From assembly GCA_965240465.1 (NCBI GenBank), contig OZ251219.1, positions 1,216,001 to 1,280,000 of the forward strand: DNA of 64,000 nucleotides, given 5' to 3'. Source of the stretch: a bacterium (GTDB lineage: Bacteria; SAR324; JACQKK01). This document shows positions 46,441 through 56,365 of this stretch, one piece after another (position 1 is the first letter of the stretch; every line of letters begins with the position of its first letter). The position numbers were made by a program, and so were the translations under genes. Below the pieces are notes generated by a model. The model was not told the origin of the DNA. It did no database searches and worked only from the letters and a program-made list of their open reading frames with translations.

Positions 46441-48192
46441 TTAGTCTGTGGCGGGGACTTCTTCAGTTTTTTTTGCGGTGCCTTCTTCAGTGCCTTCTTT
46501 AGAGCTTTGTGCAGGGATTTCTTCAGTGCCTTCTTTAGAGCTTTGTGCAGGGATTTCTTCAGTGCCTTCTTTAGAGCTTTGTGCAGGGATTTCTTCAGTG
46601 CCTTCTTCAGTGCCTTCTTCAGTGCTTTGTGCGGGGATTTCTTCAGTGCCTTCTTTAGAGCTTTGAGCAGGGATTTCTTCAGTGCCTTCTTTAGAGCTTT
46701 GAGCAGGGATTTCTTCAGTGCCTTCTTTAGAGCTTTGTGCAGGGATTTCTTCAGTGCCTTCTTTAGAGCTTTGTGCAGGGATTTCTTCAGTGCCTTCTTC
46801 AGTGCCTTCTTCAGTGCTTTTTGCAGGGATTTCTTCAGTGCCTTCTTCAGTGCCTTCTTTAGAGCTCTGTGCGGTGCCTTCTTTAGTGCCTTCTTTAGTG
46901 CCTTCTTTAGAGCTTTGTGCAGGGATTTCTTCAGTGCCTTCTTTAGAGCTTTGTGCGGGGATTTCTTCAGTGCCTTCTTTAGAGCTTTTTGCAGGGATTT
47001 CTTCAGTGCCTTTTTTAGAGCTTTGTGCAGTCTGCTCTGGATCCTGGGATTTATTTAGGTTATTTTTATTATCTTTTTGATTAAGTTCTGATTGTTTATC
47101 CAGTTCGGCTTGTGAAGCGAGCAGGCGTTCTCTGATTTGTGCTTCTATGCTGAGGGTTTGGTCTACGGTGGAGGAGATGTTTATTTTTTTATTGAGCAGT
47201 TTGGAAGCCAAGCGAACATTTTGTCCTTGCCGACCAATGGCGAGCGATAGTTGTTCTGGTTCTACCTGAACATCTATTTCTTCACTTTCCTCGTTGAATT
47301 TCACTCGGCTCAGTTCAGCAGGTGCGAGGGCGTTGGCTAGGTAGATAAGGGGATCTTCGCTGTATTGGACGATGTCTATTTTTTCGCCTCGCAGTTCATT
47401 TACGATTGATTGTACTCGGGAGCCTCTCATACCCACGCAGGCTCCTACGGGATCGACATCGGAGTCATTGGAACGTACGGCTACTTTGGCACGTTTGCCG
47501 GGTTCTCGTGCGGCTAGGACTATTTCCACCACGTTGTCATAGATTTCGGGTACTTCAGTTTCAAACAGCTTCATCAGCAGACTGGGATGGGATCGCGAAA
47601 CCACTAATTGAGCTGGTTCTTTGGGATCGTTGCGTACTTCCAGCAAAATCACGCGGATGTGGTCTCCGCTGGAGTATCTTTCGGTAGGAATTTGTTCTCT
47701 GGGGTATAGAATGGCTTCTGTCTGGTTGAAATTAATATAAGTGCGACCGCGTTCACTACGGCTAATTACCCCATTGATTATATCCCCTATCCGATTCTTA
47801 AATTTTTCGTAGATGAATTCGCGTTCGGCTTCACGCACCTTTTGAAATACCATGTGACGAGCAGTTTGGGCGATTACTTTGCGTAGATCTTCGTTATCTA
47901 TTTCGTATTCCACCACATCTCCCAGTTGAGCGGAGTCGTCTAGGGATTTGGCTTCTTGCAGAGAAAGATTATTATCGGGGTCATCGGATTCTTCTACTAC
48001 GGTTTTGTAGTGAAAGACCTCCAAGGAGCCAGTATTTTGGTTAATGCGAGTTTCTAGATCGTTATACTGGGAAAACTTGCGTTTGGCAGCCAGGGTGATG
48101 GCTTCTTGAACGACCTGTATCAGACGATCTTTGTTAATTCCCTTAGCGTAGGAAATATCACTAAGGGCTTTAAGCAGTTCTTCTTGTTGCAT
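46441..48192 (-). CDS. nusA: Transcription factor NusA with long repeat-derived acidic C-terminal tail
   Basis: S1/KH core (AREPGKRAKVAV, GACVGMRGSRV, AIGRQGQNVRLA) followed by GTEEIPAQSSKE repeats. Confidence 0.96.
   Translation of the reverse strand: MQQEELLKALSDISYAKGINKDRLIQVVQEAITLAAKRKFSQYNDLETRINQNTGSLEVFHYKTVVEESDDPDNNLSLQEAKSLDDSAQLGDVVEYEIDNEDLRKVIAQTARHMVFQKVREAEREFIYEKFKNRIGDIINGVISRSERGRTYINFNQTEAILYPREQIPTERYSSGDHIRVILLEVRNDPKEPAQLVVSRSHPSLLMKLFETEVPEIYDNVVEIVLAAREPGKRAKVAVRSNDSDVDPVGACVGMRGSRVQSIVNELRGEKIDIVQYSEDPLIYLANALAPAELSRVKFNEESEEIDVQVEPEQLSLAIGRQGQNVRLASKLLNKKINISSTVDQTLSIEAQIRERLLASQAELDKQSELNQKDNKNNLNKSQDPEQTAQSSKKGTEEIPAKSSKEGTEEIPAQSSKEGTEEIPAQSSKEGTKEGTKEGTAQSSKEGTEEGTEEIPAKSTEEGTEEGTEEIPAQSSKEGTEEIPAQSSKEGTEEIPAQSSKEGTEEIPAQSSKEGTEEIPAQSTEEGTEEGTEEIPAQSSKEGTEEIPAQSSKEGTEEIPAQSSKEGTEEGTAKKTEEVPATD
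46455..47030. repeat. In-frame 36-bp tandem repeat (GTEEIPAQSSKE) with 12-bp sub-repeats inside nusA
   Basis: Read directly from the sequence. Confidence 0.95.
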
Positions 48193-48334
48193 ATGGCGGT
48201 GTGTTCCTTAAAAGGAAAAAAACTTGTTGATGATTACATAAATAATTAATAAAAGGCACAAAATCAAGGACTAATGACACGTCCTAATGATATGTCCTAT
48301 ATTACACGGACTAATGACACGGACTAATGACACG

Positions 48335-48913
48335 TTAGTGATAGTCCAACTTGGGTTCTAAGTGGGCAGTATGTACCTTTTCTAGAGGGATGATTAGGGT
48401 TTCTGTGGTTACTCTCAGGTGAAGCAGATTTTCTTGTACATTCTCAATTATTCCTGTTTGGACAGGCTGCATGGTCTTATCACAGCCAGAATTGCGAGCC
48501 CATTCAGTGTCTAAGAATATCTTGGCTCTCTTGCCGATTGATTGCACAAAATGACCCACTTGACGCAAACGACGAAATAATCCAGGTGAAGTGACCTCCA
48601 AACGATAACTCCCCTGCACTAAATCCTCCACATCCAAAAAACGACCAACCAGCTCACTCACCTTACTACAATCTTTCAAGCCGATTCCGTCATCTTTGTC
48701 AATCATAACGCGTACTACCGTCCTACGCGTTCTGACAAACTGCACTTCCAGCAATTGATACCCTAATCCAGCTATTGGCTCAGTCAGCAAGGTTTTGGCG
48801 GTTTCCTCCAGCGAAACCGTAGGAGCTGCTTGAGGATCACGACAATCTGAAGCAGACACAGGGGAAGAATCAGGCAGTTTTTCCATGGCAGAACTGAAAG
48901 TACTAGAAGACAT
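48335..48913 (-). CDS. rimP: Ribosome maturation factor RimP
   Basis: VRVMIDKDDGI...DC, LDVED and YRLEVTSPG motifs; upstream of nusA. Confidence 0.92.
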   Translation of the reverse strand: MSSSTFSSAMEKLPDSSPVSASDCRDPQAAPTVSLEETAKTLLTEPIAGLGYQLLEVQFVRTRRTVVRVMIDKDDGIGLKDCSKVSELVGRFLDVEDLVQGSYRLEVTSPGLFRRLRQVGHFVQSIGKRAKIFLDTEWARNSGCDKTMQPVQTGIIENVQENLLHLRVTTETLIIPLEKVHTAHLEPKLDYH

Positions 48914-49014
48914 CTTTTTGTTTTTATATCAGCGGACAATACAGGGTACCTTAACCCTCAGCAATATGCCCGAACTGGAAACAATCTTTATCTTCCACCC
49001 ATACCTGTAAAAAA

Positions 49015-49207
49015 AGAATTCTGCAAGCCAAAAGAGTTTGGCGAGCCAAAAGAGTTCTGCAAGCCAAAAGAATTCGGCAAGCCAAAAGAATCTGGCAAGC
49101 CAGAAGAATCTGGCAAGCCAAAAGAATCTGGCAAGCCAAAAGAATCTGGCAAGCCAAAAGAATCTGGCAAGCCAAAAGAGTTCTGCAAGCCAGAAGAATT
49201 CGGCAAA
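49015..49207. repeat. Tandem repeat, 18-bp unit TCTGGCAAGCCA(A/G)AAGAA x~10
   Basis: Read directly from the sequence. Confidence 0.93.
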
Positions 49208-49212
49208 CCCTC

Positions 49213-49941
49213 CTACTCAGCTATAAATTTATTTACCAGCAAGATCAGAAATGCCAATAAGTTAAATCCCGCATGAAAGAAAATGGGCGACCAAAGAGAT
49301 TTATGGCGTTCACGCAAATAGCAAAGAATTAAGCTGGCTACAAAAATAACTATTATCGCAGGCCAATACAGCCCAAAAGATAATATATGCAAAATAGCAA
49401 ATATCAGGCTCACCAGCACCACGGTTAACGGAAAAGAAAACCTGCTGCGAAGTGACCCTTGTAACAAACCTCTAAAAAGAGTTTCCTCCAGTAAGGGTGC
49501 CATCAATACCACTGCCAAAGCAACCAAAATGGTCTCTAATAGCCCTTGCTCCATCAGCTGTTTGATCGGATTGATAGGCGGCAAAGGCAAGGGTAAAAAA
49601 TATGTCATCCCAACTAATAGCAAGGATAATAACAAATGTACCGCCATCCCCGCTAATATCAGCCACGCACTGGTACGCCTAAAATTGATAAATCCCACCC
49701 GAACCCTTGCTCCTTTATAAGAAAGAATCTTCCACAGCATCCCCCAAGTGATCAAATGAGTGAACATCAACGGTAACAAGGTGTTTCTCAGCGATATCAG
49801 CTCTCCGTTGGGCAATACAATGGCAACCAACAATGAAGAAAAAACAGTCGCTAATAACCATACCACCAGAACCACGGTAGTCAGTAACCAATCGGGGCGA
49901 GTTATATCTGTGGTGCGGTTAGAGAATCTACGGTTCTGCAA
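49213..49941 (-). CDS. CPBP (CAAX/Abi) family intramembrane glutamic endopeptidase
   Basis: APLLEETLFRG, FAILH and HAGFN motifs. Confidence 0.9.
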   Translation of the reverse strand: MQNRRFSNRTTDITRPDWLLTTVVLVVWLLATVFSSLLVAIVLPNGELISLRNTLLPLMFTHLITWGMLWKILSYKGARVRVGFINFRRTSAWLILAGMAVHLLLSLLLVGMTYFLPLPLPPINPIKQLMEQGLLETILVALAVVLMAPLLEETLFRGLLQGSLRSRFSFPLTVVLVSLIFAILHILSFGLYWPAIIVIFVASLILCYLRERHKSLWSPIFFHAGFNLLAFLILLVNKFIAE

Positions 49942-50141
49942 TATGATGGCGTCTTAACTAATTGAAACAACGGGTGAAGCAACTGGCTAATTGAAGCGAA
50001 GCAACTGGCTAATTGAAGCAATGGGCTATTGAAGCAATGGGGATGTCAAAGGCGAAATAGAACCAAGCGGAAGATGGCTACATCAGTCAACCCTCAGTGG
50101 CTTAAGTTATTGCGATGAGCCGATGCACGGTGATATGGATG

Positions 50142-51047
50142 CTAGGAAGTGACTTGTTGGTCATAGATTTTCATATAATCCTTGCAGACATGTTTTGGGT
50201 CCAGCCCTACGGTATCGCAAATGAGTGCCAAAAAGCCTCTGACATAGATTCTGGAAGGCAAAGCACGAAAATCTTCTTTTTCCAAGCAGTCTAGGTAGGT
50301 GTAGCGGATTTTTGTTTCTTCTGCCATGCCAGCCAAGCTGTAGCCACAGGCTTCGCGAGCTCGTTTAAGTGTTTCTCCGTTAAAGGTTTGTCCTGGTTCT
50401 AACAGGTTGCCGAGTTGTTCTTTTTGTTTGATAAGATGGGATTTGCTCCTCAGATTATCAGCTTCGGATCTAGCTGCATGATACCGCAAGGAGATACTGC
50501 CAGAATCTATGGTACTGGGCTTATGGGCGATATTTTTGGTTGGTTTCTTTTTGGGTTCTGCAAAGAAAACGCGGGGACTAGGAATAGATTCAGCTTGAGA
50601 AAAAGTGCTTGGTACATCGGGAGCAATACTGCGAGAAGCATTGGCAATAGCAACACTGCGAGAAGCATTGGCGTGGAAAGCATCGGTACGGGAACCGTTA
50701 GTACGGGAGCCATTGACATGATGTTTCTCACTGGCAGGGGAAACACTATGATAACCATTAGCAGGGGGTATATGATTTTCATCGGGGTTATCGGCGATGC
50801 TATTTTGTGACATTTTGGCATCGTACGCTTGGCGTAGTTTGGGGTCGCTCAAGGTATAGAAGGCTTCTGATATCAGGCTAAAGACCTCGTGGGTTTCTTT
50901 GTCATTGAAGAGGGAATAGGTAGCAAGCGAGTGACCTTGGAAGGTTTCTTTAGAAATTTCATAAGCACGTTGGATTTCTTTCATGCTGGCGTTGCATGGG
51001 ACACTTAGAAGTTCATAGTAATTTTTTTCTTGCAAACCTGATAGCAT
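50142..51047 (-). CDS. Atypical J-domain protein with C-terminal RodZ-like HTH
   Basis: NYYELL...IQRAY...EAFYTLSDP..RQAYD without HPD; C-terminal GETLKRARE...YVRGFL HTH. Confidence 0.8.
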   Translation of the reverse strand: MLSGLQEKNYYELLSVPCNASMKEIQRAYEISKETFQGHSLATYSLFNDKETHEVFSLISEAFYTLSDPKLRQAYDAKMSQNSIADNPDENHIPPANGYHSVSPASEKHHVNGSRTNGSRTDAFHANASRSVAIANASRSIAPDVPSTFSQAESIPSPRVFFAEPKKKPTKNIAHKPSTIDSGSISLRYHAARSEADNLRSKSHLIKQKEQLGNLLEPGQTFNGETLKRAREACGYSLAGMAEETKIRYTYLDCLEKEDFRALPSRIYVRGFLALICDTVGLDPKHVCKDYMKIYDQQVTS

Positions 51048-51171
51048 GGGCGTTTTTGTTCAACTAATATAAAGGAAGAAGATAAAAGTAAAGGAATCGT
51101 ATTAAACTCACAATCTCTAATTTATAACATATTAAATATAGATTTTCCAATATAAATAATAATAAAAAAGC

Positions 51172-52143
51172 TTACATTTGTGGGGATCTGTTATCGTAGC
51201 TGGCAGGGGTAGGATCCTGATACTTTGTTAAGGGCGTGTTTTGGATAAGGTTGCGAGCGATTTGTCCAATTAGTTGCGAAGTACGGCTGTGCTGGTGGGT
51301 AGACATAAAGGGCTTGCAACTACGGATGGTTTTCCAGACTAAGTCATCGTTGTATAGGTGACCGATAAAGGTAGCTCTGACTCCGAAAAATTTCTCACAA
51401 GCCATTTGCATAGAATAGCCGACCCGTAAATCCGATTCTGAACGTACTTGGTTCAGCACAATTAGAGGTTGAAATCTGCGTATTAGGTTATCCATGGTAG
51501 CACTTATGCGATAATCGGTACGCTTGATGTATTCTATTAAATCCAACGGCGAACGAATGCCTAGATCATTTTTCATATCCATGGCACGTTCAATGATAGC
51601 ACGTACTCTGGAATCGGTACTGATCATTTTTAGATGGCGGTATAAGGAGCTTTTAATAAAGCGGTAGGCGTTTTCAATTGAGGTTGGCTCGGGAAGAACC
51701 ACTAGTACGCCCTTGTCTGCGATAAGGAAGAAATCCAAAGTATTGTTATTGGTGCCTGCCCCGAGGTCTAGAATAACATAGTCCACATCAATGGTTTGCA
51801 GGGAACGCAACAGACGCATCTTTTGAGTGTACTTTGGGTTAGCGATTCCTAGGAAATCTTGGGCTCCGCTGATAAGCATCAGATTTGGCTGATGAGTGGG
51901 CGTCATTACGTCTTCGAGATTGGCATTGGTGTTGTATAGGAAGTCAGAAAGGGTTTTATCGGGGGTGGGAATGCCTAAACAGGTATGTAAATTAGCACCG
52001 CCTAGGTCTGCATCCACCAGTACTACTCGGTGATTATTTTGGGCCAAGAAGGTCCCCAAATTACTGGCTATCAGACTTTTTCCCACCCCACCTTTTCCTC
52101 CTCCGATAGCAATAATTTCTTTTGATTTGATTATATTGCCCAA
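51172..52143 (-). CDS. FlhG/MinD-family P-loop ATPase
   Basis: GGKGGVGKS, DADLGGANL, DLGAG and PEPTSIENAY motifs. Confidence 0.88.
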   Translation of the reverse strand: MGNIIKSKEIIAIGGGKGGVGKSLIASNLGTFLAQNNHRVVLVDADLGGANLHTCLGIPTPDKTLSDFLYNTNANLEDVMTPTHQPNLMLISGAQDFLGIANPKYTQKMRLLRSLQTIDVDYVILDLGAGTNNNTLDFFLIADKGVLVVLPEPTSIENAYRFIKSSLYRHLKMISTDSRVRAIIERAMDMKNDLGIRSPLDLIEYIKRTDYRISATMDNLIRRFQPLIVLNQVRSESDLRVGYSMQMACEKFFGVRATFIGHLYNDDLVWKTIRSCKPFMSTHQHSRTSQLIGQIARNLIQNTPLTKYQDPTPASYDNRSPQM

Positions 52144-52319
52144 TATCAGCTCCTCAATTTGTCACACTTCGAGCTTATCGCATTCTGAGATACTTTGACA
52201 GACTAACTTCATTATAAGTTTTCAACTGCAGATTAGCAATAGCAAAGCAATATTCCAGCCATTATAGACCTCAATTTCATATAACAGCCAAAATAAATTA
52301 AGGTAAGGCATGCCAACGA

Positions 52320-53432
52320 CTAGTTAATCTTTTTTATGACTAGCCCCAATAAAATGCTCGCCAGCAATACCGCGCCATTTGTCCCCCAAGCTGCCACTAA
52401 GAAATGCAGTTTTTCCAATTTCCCCAACAGAAAAAATATTTCTTGTCCAAAATAAAAAAGGATCCCTATTAACAACACAAATAGCATGTCGGTAGTTCGG
52501 ATTCGCTTAGGTGAAGGGTTAACAATCATCAGTGCTAGCCATCCTAAAAGGAACGGAGCGACCATCAATGCCAATTCCTGATGAAACCCCAGCCAGTACA
52601 AATTTGAGTTTTTCTCTTGTCGCCTATTTTGACGGATTTCTTGCCACAAACCTATCAACCCTAGGGTTTGCAAGTTGACATATGTCTTCTCAAAGATAAT
52701 GTTTAGTGCTTTTTGAGGTAAAACTATCTCTGCAGCTATCTGGGAGACCTTATCCGTCTGGCGAAGATCTGCATTATCCGTCTGGCGAAGATCTGCATTG
52801 TCGGTCTGGCGAGATATCAAAGGGGTGTAATGTTTTGCCTGCTGGGTTGTTTGCCACAGACCATCCACTTGGTACAATTCCTTAAAATGCGATATCCTAG
52901 GCGTTCTCCCAGAATTGGCGATTCCGTGCAAGACAAAGACACCTTGGGCTAGGGCTTCTTCAAACAAAATCTTGCGAACGTATATCACATCCGAGTCGTG
53001 CAACTGCCAAATATGATGGCGAACCTTATCAACCGAGCCCTGCTGCCGTGAATCCACCCAAGCACTAAGCTGATTCTGATTCAGGACTCCTAATAAGCTC
53101 ACCAATAGCAACACTGGCCACATCAGGGTATACAAACGAAACAAGCTCAACCCCGCACCTTGCATGGGATACCACTCATGAGTGCGTAAAAAAGCATTGT
53201 GCGTTAAACGCACCGCAAATAATAAGGTCAGCGGCAATAATATCTTTAGCGTCGCTGGCATAATGATTAATAAATCTCTAAGCCACTCTAGTAGCCCTTC
53301 CCATCCCGACAAAAACAAATTAAGATTATCAAAACTGTCGCCCAGCAACACCAACCCAAGTGTTACTGACAAACATAATAGCCAAAACCCAAATAGCCTC
53401 AAGGCCACATATCGCGATATTAAACTCATCAC
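52320..53432 (-). CDS. LptF/LptG family LPS export permease
   Basis: LISRYV start, three N-terminal TMs, EWYPMQGAGLS, periplasmic domain, three C-terminal TMs ending AAWGTN; 24-bp in-frame repeat RQTDNADL. Confidence 0.8.
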   Translation of the reverse strand: MMSLISRYVALRLFGFWLLCLSVTLGLVLLGDSFDNLNLFLSGWEGLLEWLRDLLIIMPATLKILLPLTLLFAVRLTHNAFLRTHEWYPMQGAGLSLFRLYTLMWPVLLLVSLLGVLNQNQLSAWVDSRQQGSVDKVRHHIWQLHDSDVIYVRKILFEEALAQGVFVLHGIANSGRTPRISHFKELYQVDGLWQTTQQAKHYTPLISRQTDNADLRQTDNADLRQTDKVSQIAAEIVLPQKALNIIFEKTYVNLQTLGLIGLWQEIRQNRRQEKNSNLYWLGFHQELALMVAPFLLGWLALMIVNPSPKRIRTTDMLFVLLIGILFYFGQEIFFLLGKLEKLHFLVAAWGTNGAVLLASILLGLVIKKIN

Positions 53433-53596
53433 TGGGTACCTTTACATCTATGAATAATCACTTGCCCTGCCGTACATCTTCCAGCAATTGCGGTGCTGGG
53501 CAATATATTATAAAACCAGTTAGCAAAAGATTATTTTCATTCGTACTGGTATATCAAACAGATGTCCATTTTGTTGCATTTGCAATTATCATTGTT

Positions 53597-53658
53597 GGCT
53601 TGCCAGATTCTTCTGGTTTGCCAGATTCCTCTGGTTTGCCAGATTCTTCTGGCTTGCC
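53597..53658. repeat. Tandem repeat, 18-bp unit GG(C/T)TTGCCAGATTC(T/C)TCT x~3.5
   Basis: Reverse complement of the unit at 49015-49207. Confidence 0.9.
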
Positions 53659-53738
53659 TCATTGTTGGCTGGCAGGCTGATTGGGTGTATACTCGGCAAA
53701 GGTATTTTTTTGCATGAAGACTTGCAATATTGGTGTAT

Positions 53739-53834
53739 AATGTCGGTGTGCAATGTCGGTGTGCAATGTCGGTGTGCAATGTCGGTGTGCAATGTCGGTG
53801 TGCAATGTCGGTGTGCAATGTCGGTGTGCAATGT
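53739..53834. repeat. Tandem repeat, 13-bp unit CAATGTCGGTGTG x7
   Basis: Read directly from the sequence. Confidence 0.96.
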
Positions 53835-53905
53835 GAACGCACTTTGCTAATCATTAAATAAGATGTGAACGACATCTGCATATATGATCCACCAGATGCT
53901 ACAAT

Positions 53906-53998
53906 CATCTACCAAAGGCATCTACCAAAGGCATCTACCAAAGGCATCTACCAAAGGCATCTACCAAAGGCATCTACCAAAGGCATCTACCAAAGGCA
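53906..53998. repeat. Tandem repeat, 13-bp unit CATCTACCAAAGG x7
   Basis: Read directly; ends at the RBS region of the next gene. Confidence 0.96.
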
Positions 53999-54002
53999 AA
54001 AA

Positions 54003-56363
54003 ATGGATAAAACAGTACTAGTGCTAGATGAAAATCCCATCGTACACAGGGTGATCGCCACGGCTCTGGAAGGAGGGGCAGTGGCGGTGCATCATGAATT
54101 TAATCCCAGCCGTTTTCTGGAAAAAGCCCAATCCATCTTGCCAAACGTGATACTACTCAGCGCGCTGGATTATGATACCGAGTTTTCCATGCATTCTCGT
54201 TTTGCAAAAGCAGAAAAACTGAAGAACATTCCTCGGGTAGCCCTGCTGAGCCCTAAAACTCCGCTTGATGAAAACTTGAAAAAAAGCCTGTCCCTATCGG
54301 GAATACTCCTAAAACCATTGGAAGTCTCCCAAGTACAACAAGAAATAACCAAACAACTAAAGGTGAACTTTCAAACTCCCGATGACTTAAGCGAAATACG
54401 CCTGCAAGCAGTAGGCGACATCATGGATGAAGAAGTATCCAAAATGCTGGAATCTGTCGGAGCTCCATTGCCAACTGACCCGCAAGCCCCTCCCCCGCAA
54501 GCCCCTCCCCCACAGGTCTCTCAGCTCCCCACCGAGGATGTCTATCAACTGGGAACTGAGGAAATGGAAGTACCACCAATTACTACGCCTCCTGATTTCG
54601 CACCCGCCAGCACTGCAAACACAGGTAATCTACCCAATAGCGTCATCGTCCCCGAGGGAGTACAAGCACCTGTCATGCCTGTGGGAGTTCTGCCAGACAG
54701 TATCCCAGACAGTATCCCAGACAATGTTCCAGACAATGTTCCAGACAAGGCTATTGATAAGGTTACTGATAAGGTTACTGATAATGTCATGCCTGTGGTA
54801 TCCTCTGTGGGTGAGAAAAGTAAGGCGGTGATCCGCAGTGTTCCTGCTTTTAAGGCAGACCCACTCACCCCAGATGAAAAACCCATGGATGAGGCCTTCC
54901 CCTACTTGCCCCACGTATATGAAAGCCAATTTGGTAGAGCTCCCGCTCGCGTTATAATTTTTCCAGAGAAAACCATGAATCAGGACAAAACTCGTTCCTT
55001 ACTGCATCTCAAACCTGTCAATCCCCCGCGACCATCGGTGCTGCCGATTAAATCATCGGATGGTCAGCCCTGGATTACTCCGACTACCAATGTTCCCGCG
55101 GGTGTGCTTGATCGGGCATTTGAGGAGGCTCGTAAGCTGAAAGATGAGGAACCGCAAGCTGAAGAGCCAAAAAAATCCGCCACCTCAAAAGATGCTCTTA
55201 AAGATGCTCTTGAATATACTCTTGAATATACTCTTGAAGATACTCATCCGATACCGCCTGAGACTCCAGCTGCTACTTTTAACCCCTTCGGTACTGATAC
55301 GGGCAAAACTGAAGAAAAAAACGAGGAAAATACCGAAAATGTTGCAAGCACTGGAAGCACTGGAAGCACTGCAAGCGACGCAGAAGATGGAGAAGAAGAG
55401 GACGACACAGATTTTCAAACCCAGCCTGCAGCTTTGGCGGCCCTGAAAACACCCAAAACAGAAGACATCAAGGTTGAGCAATTTAAGGAAACGGTGCTAC
55501 GTCCTTTGTCAAAAGATGAGGAATCTTTGGTAGCCCCAACTACAGAAGCCGATGACCAATTTTATGACTCAGCAGAAGTTCAGAAAACCGATATTTCCTC
55601 TTCAGTGGAGGCATCGGAATCGGTGGGAAAGCCAGAGGTAGTGGGGAAGCCAGAGGCAGTGGGAAATCCAGAAGCAGTGAGAATTGATGGTTCTCAGCTG
55701 ACTTTGGAAGATGAAGAACAAGGACACGAAGAATTTATCTTGCTGGGAGTAGAAGAAGATGATGACCTGATAGAACTATCTATCTCTCAAATTAAAAATG
55801 TCACCGCAAAAGGAGATATATTTCCTCATAAAGAAATTATTGAGGCAGAGGAAGTTACTGAGGTAGTAGCAGAGGAAGTAGCAGAGGTAGACTCTCCTGA
55901 GACCACTGGCAATAATTCCTCACCCACAAGCGAGGAAGAACCTTTGGATTTGGATCCTCCTGAGGCGGAGCGGATGATTTCGGTATCGGGAGATAAGGGG
56001 GAGACATATGAGGCGGTCGTGAAAGAGGCAGGTTTGGAAGGGACAATTTTGGATGAAGCAGGTTTGGATGAGGCGGTCGTGGGTGAGGCAGGTTTGGAAG
56101 GGGCAGGTTCGGAAGGGGCAGGTTCGGAAGGGGCAGGTTCGGAAGGGGCAGGTTTGGATGAGGCAGGTTTGGATGAGGCGGATTTGGATGAGCTTAGTCA
56201 AGATGGCGAAATTTCTGAGACTGCCTCGCTAGCGAATTATCTCCTGCCAAAGGATTCTGAGCTTCTGACGGGGGTTTTGGATGATATTATTTCTCAGTCT
56301 ATAGATGATGCCATGCAGGCTCAGGAGTCCAATATCTTGGAGCTGGAAAAGGGGGAAGGCTAA
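54003..56363 (+). CDS. Atypical receiver-domain protein with long acidic/Pro-rich disordered region (RomR-like architecture)
   Basis: KTVLVLDEN...PNVILLS...LLKP receiver fold with the phospho-Asp replaced by Ser; about 650 aa of low-complexity tail; abuts valS. Confidence 0.7.
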   Translation: MDKTVLVLDENPIVHRVIATALEGGAVAVHHEFNPSRFLEKAQSILPNVILLSALDYDTEFSMHSRFAKAEKLKNIPRVALLSPKTPLDENLKKSLSLSGILLKPLEVSQVQQEITKQLKVNFQTPDDLSEIRLQAVGDIMDEEVSKMLESVGAPLPTDPQAPPPQAPPPQVSQLPTEDVYQLGTEEMEVPPITTPPDFAPASTANTGNLPNSVIVPEGVQAPVMPVGVLPDSIPDSIPDNVPDNVPDKAIDKVTDKVTDNVMPVVSSVGEKSKAVIRSVPAFKADPLTPDEKPMDEAFPYLPHVYESQFGRAPARVIIFPEKTMNQDKTRSLLHLKPVNPPRPSVLPIKSSDGQPWITPTTNVPAGVLDRAFEEARKLKDEEPQAEEPKKSATSKDALKDALEYTLEYTLEDTHPIPPETPAATFNPFGTDTGKTEEKNEENTENVASTGSTGSTASDAEDGEEEDDTDFQTQPAALAALKTPKTEDIKVEQFKETVLRPLSKDEESLVAPTTEADDQFYDSAEVQKTDISSSVEASESVGKPEVVGKPEAVGNPEAVRIDGSQLTLEDEEQGHEEFILLGVEEDDDLIELSISQIKNVTAKGDIFPHKEIIEAEEVTEVVAEEVAEVDSPETTGNNSSPTSEEEPLDLDPPEAERMISVSGDKGETYEAVVKEAGLEGTILDEAGLDEAVVGEAGLEGAGSEGAGSEGAGSEGAGLDEAGLDEADLDELSQDGEISETASLANYLLPKDSELLTGVLDDIISQSIDDAMQAQESNILELEKGEG

Positions 56364-56365
56364 AG

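Noticed and set aside
46448-47080. Antisense ORFs over the nusA tail
   Set aside because: Shadow frames of the 36-bp in-frame repeat.
53865-54002. N-terminal extension of the receiver-domain ORF
   Set aside because: Made of the 13-bp array; the receiver fold begins at ATG 54003.
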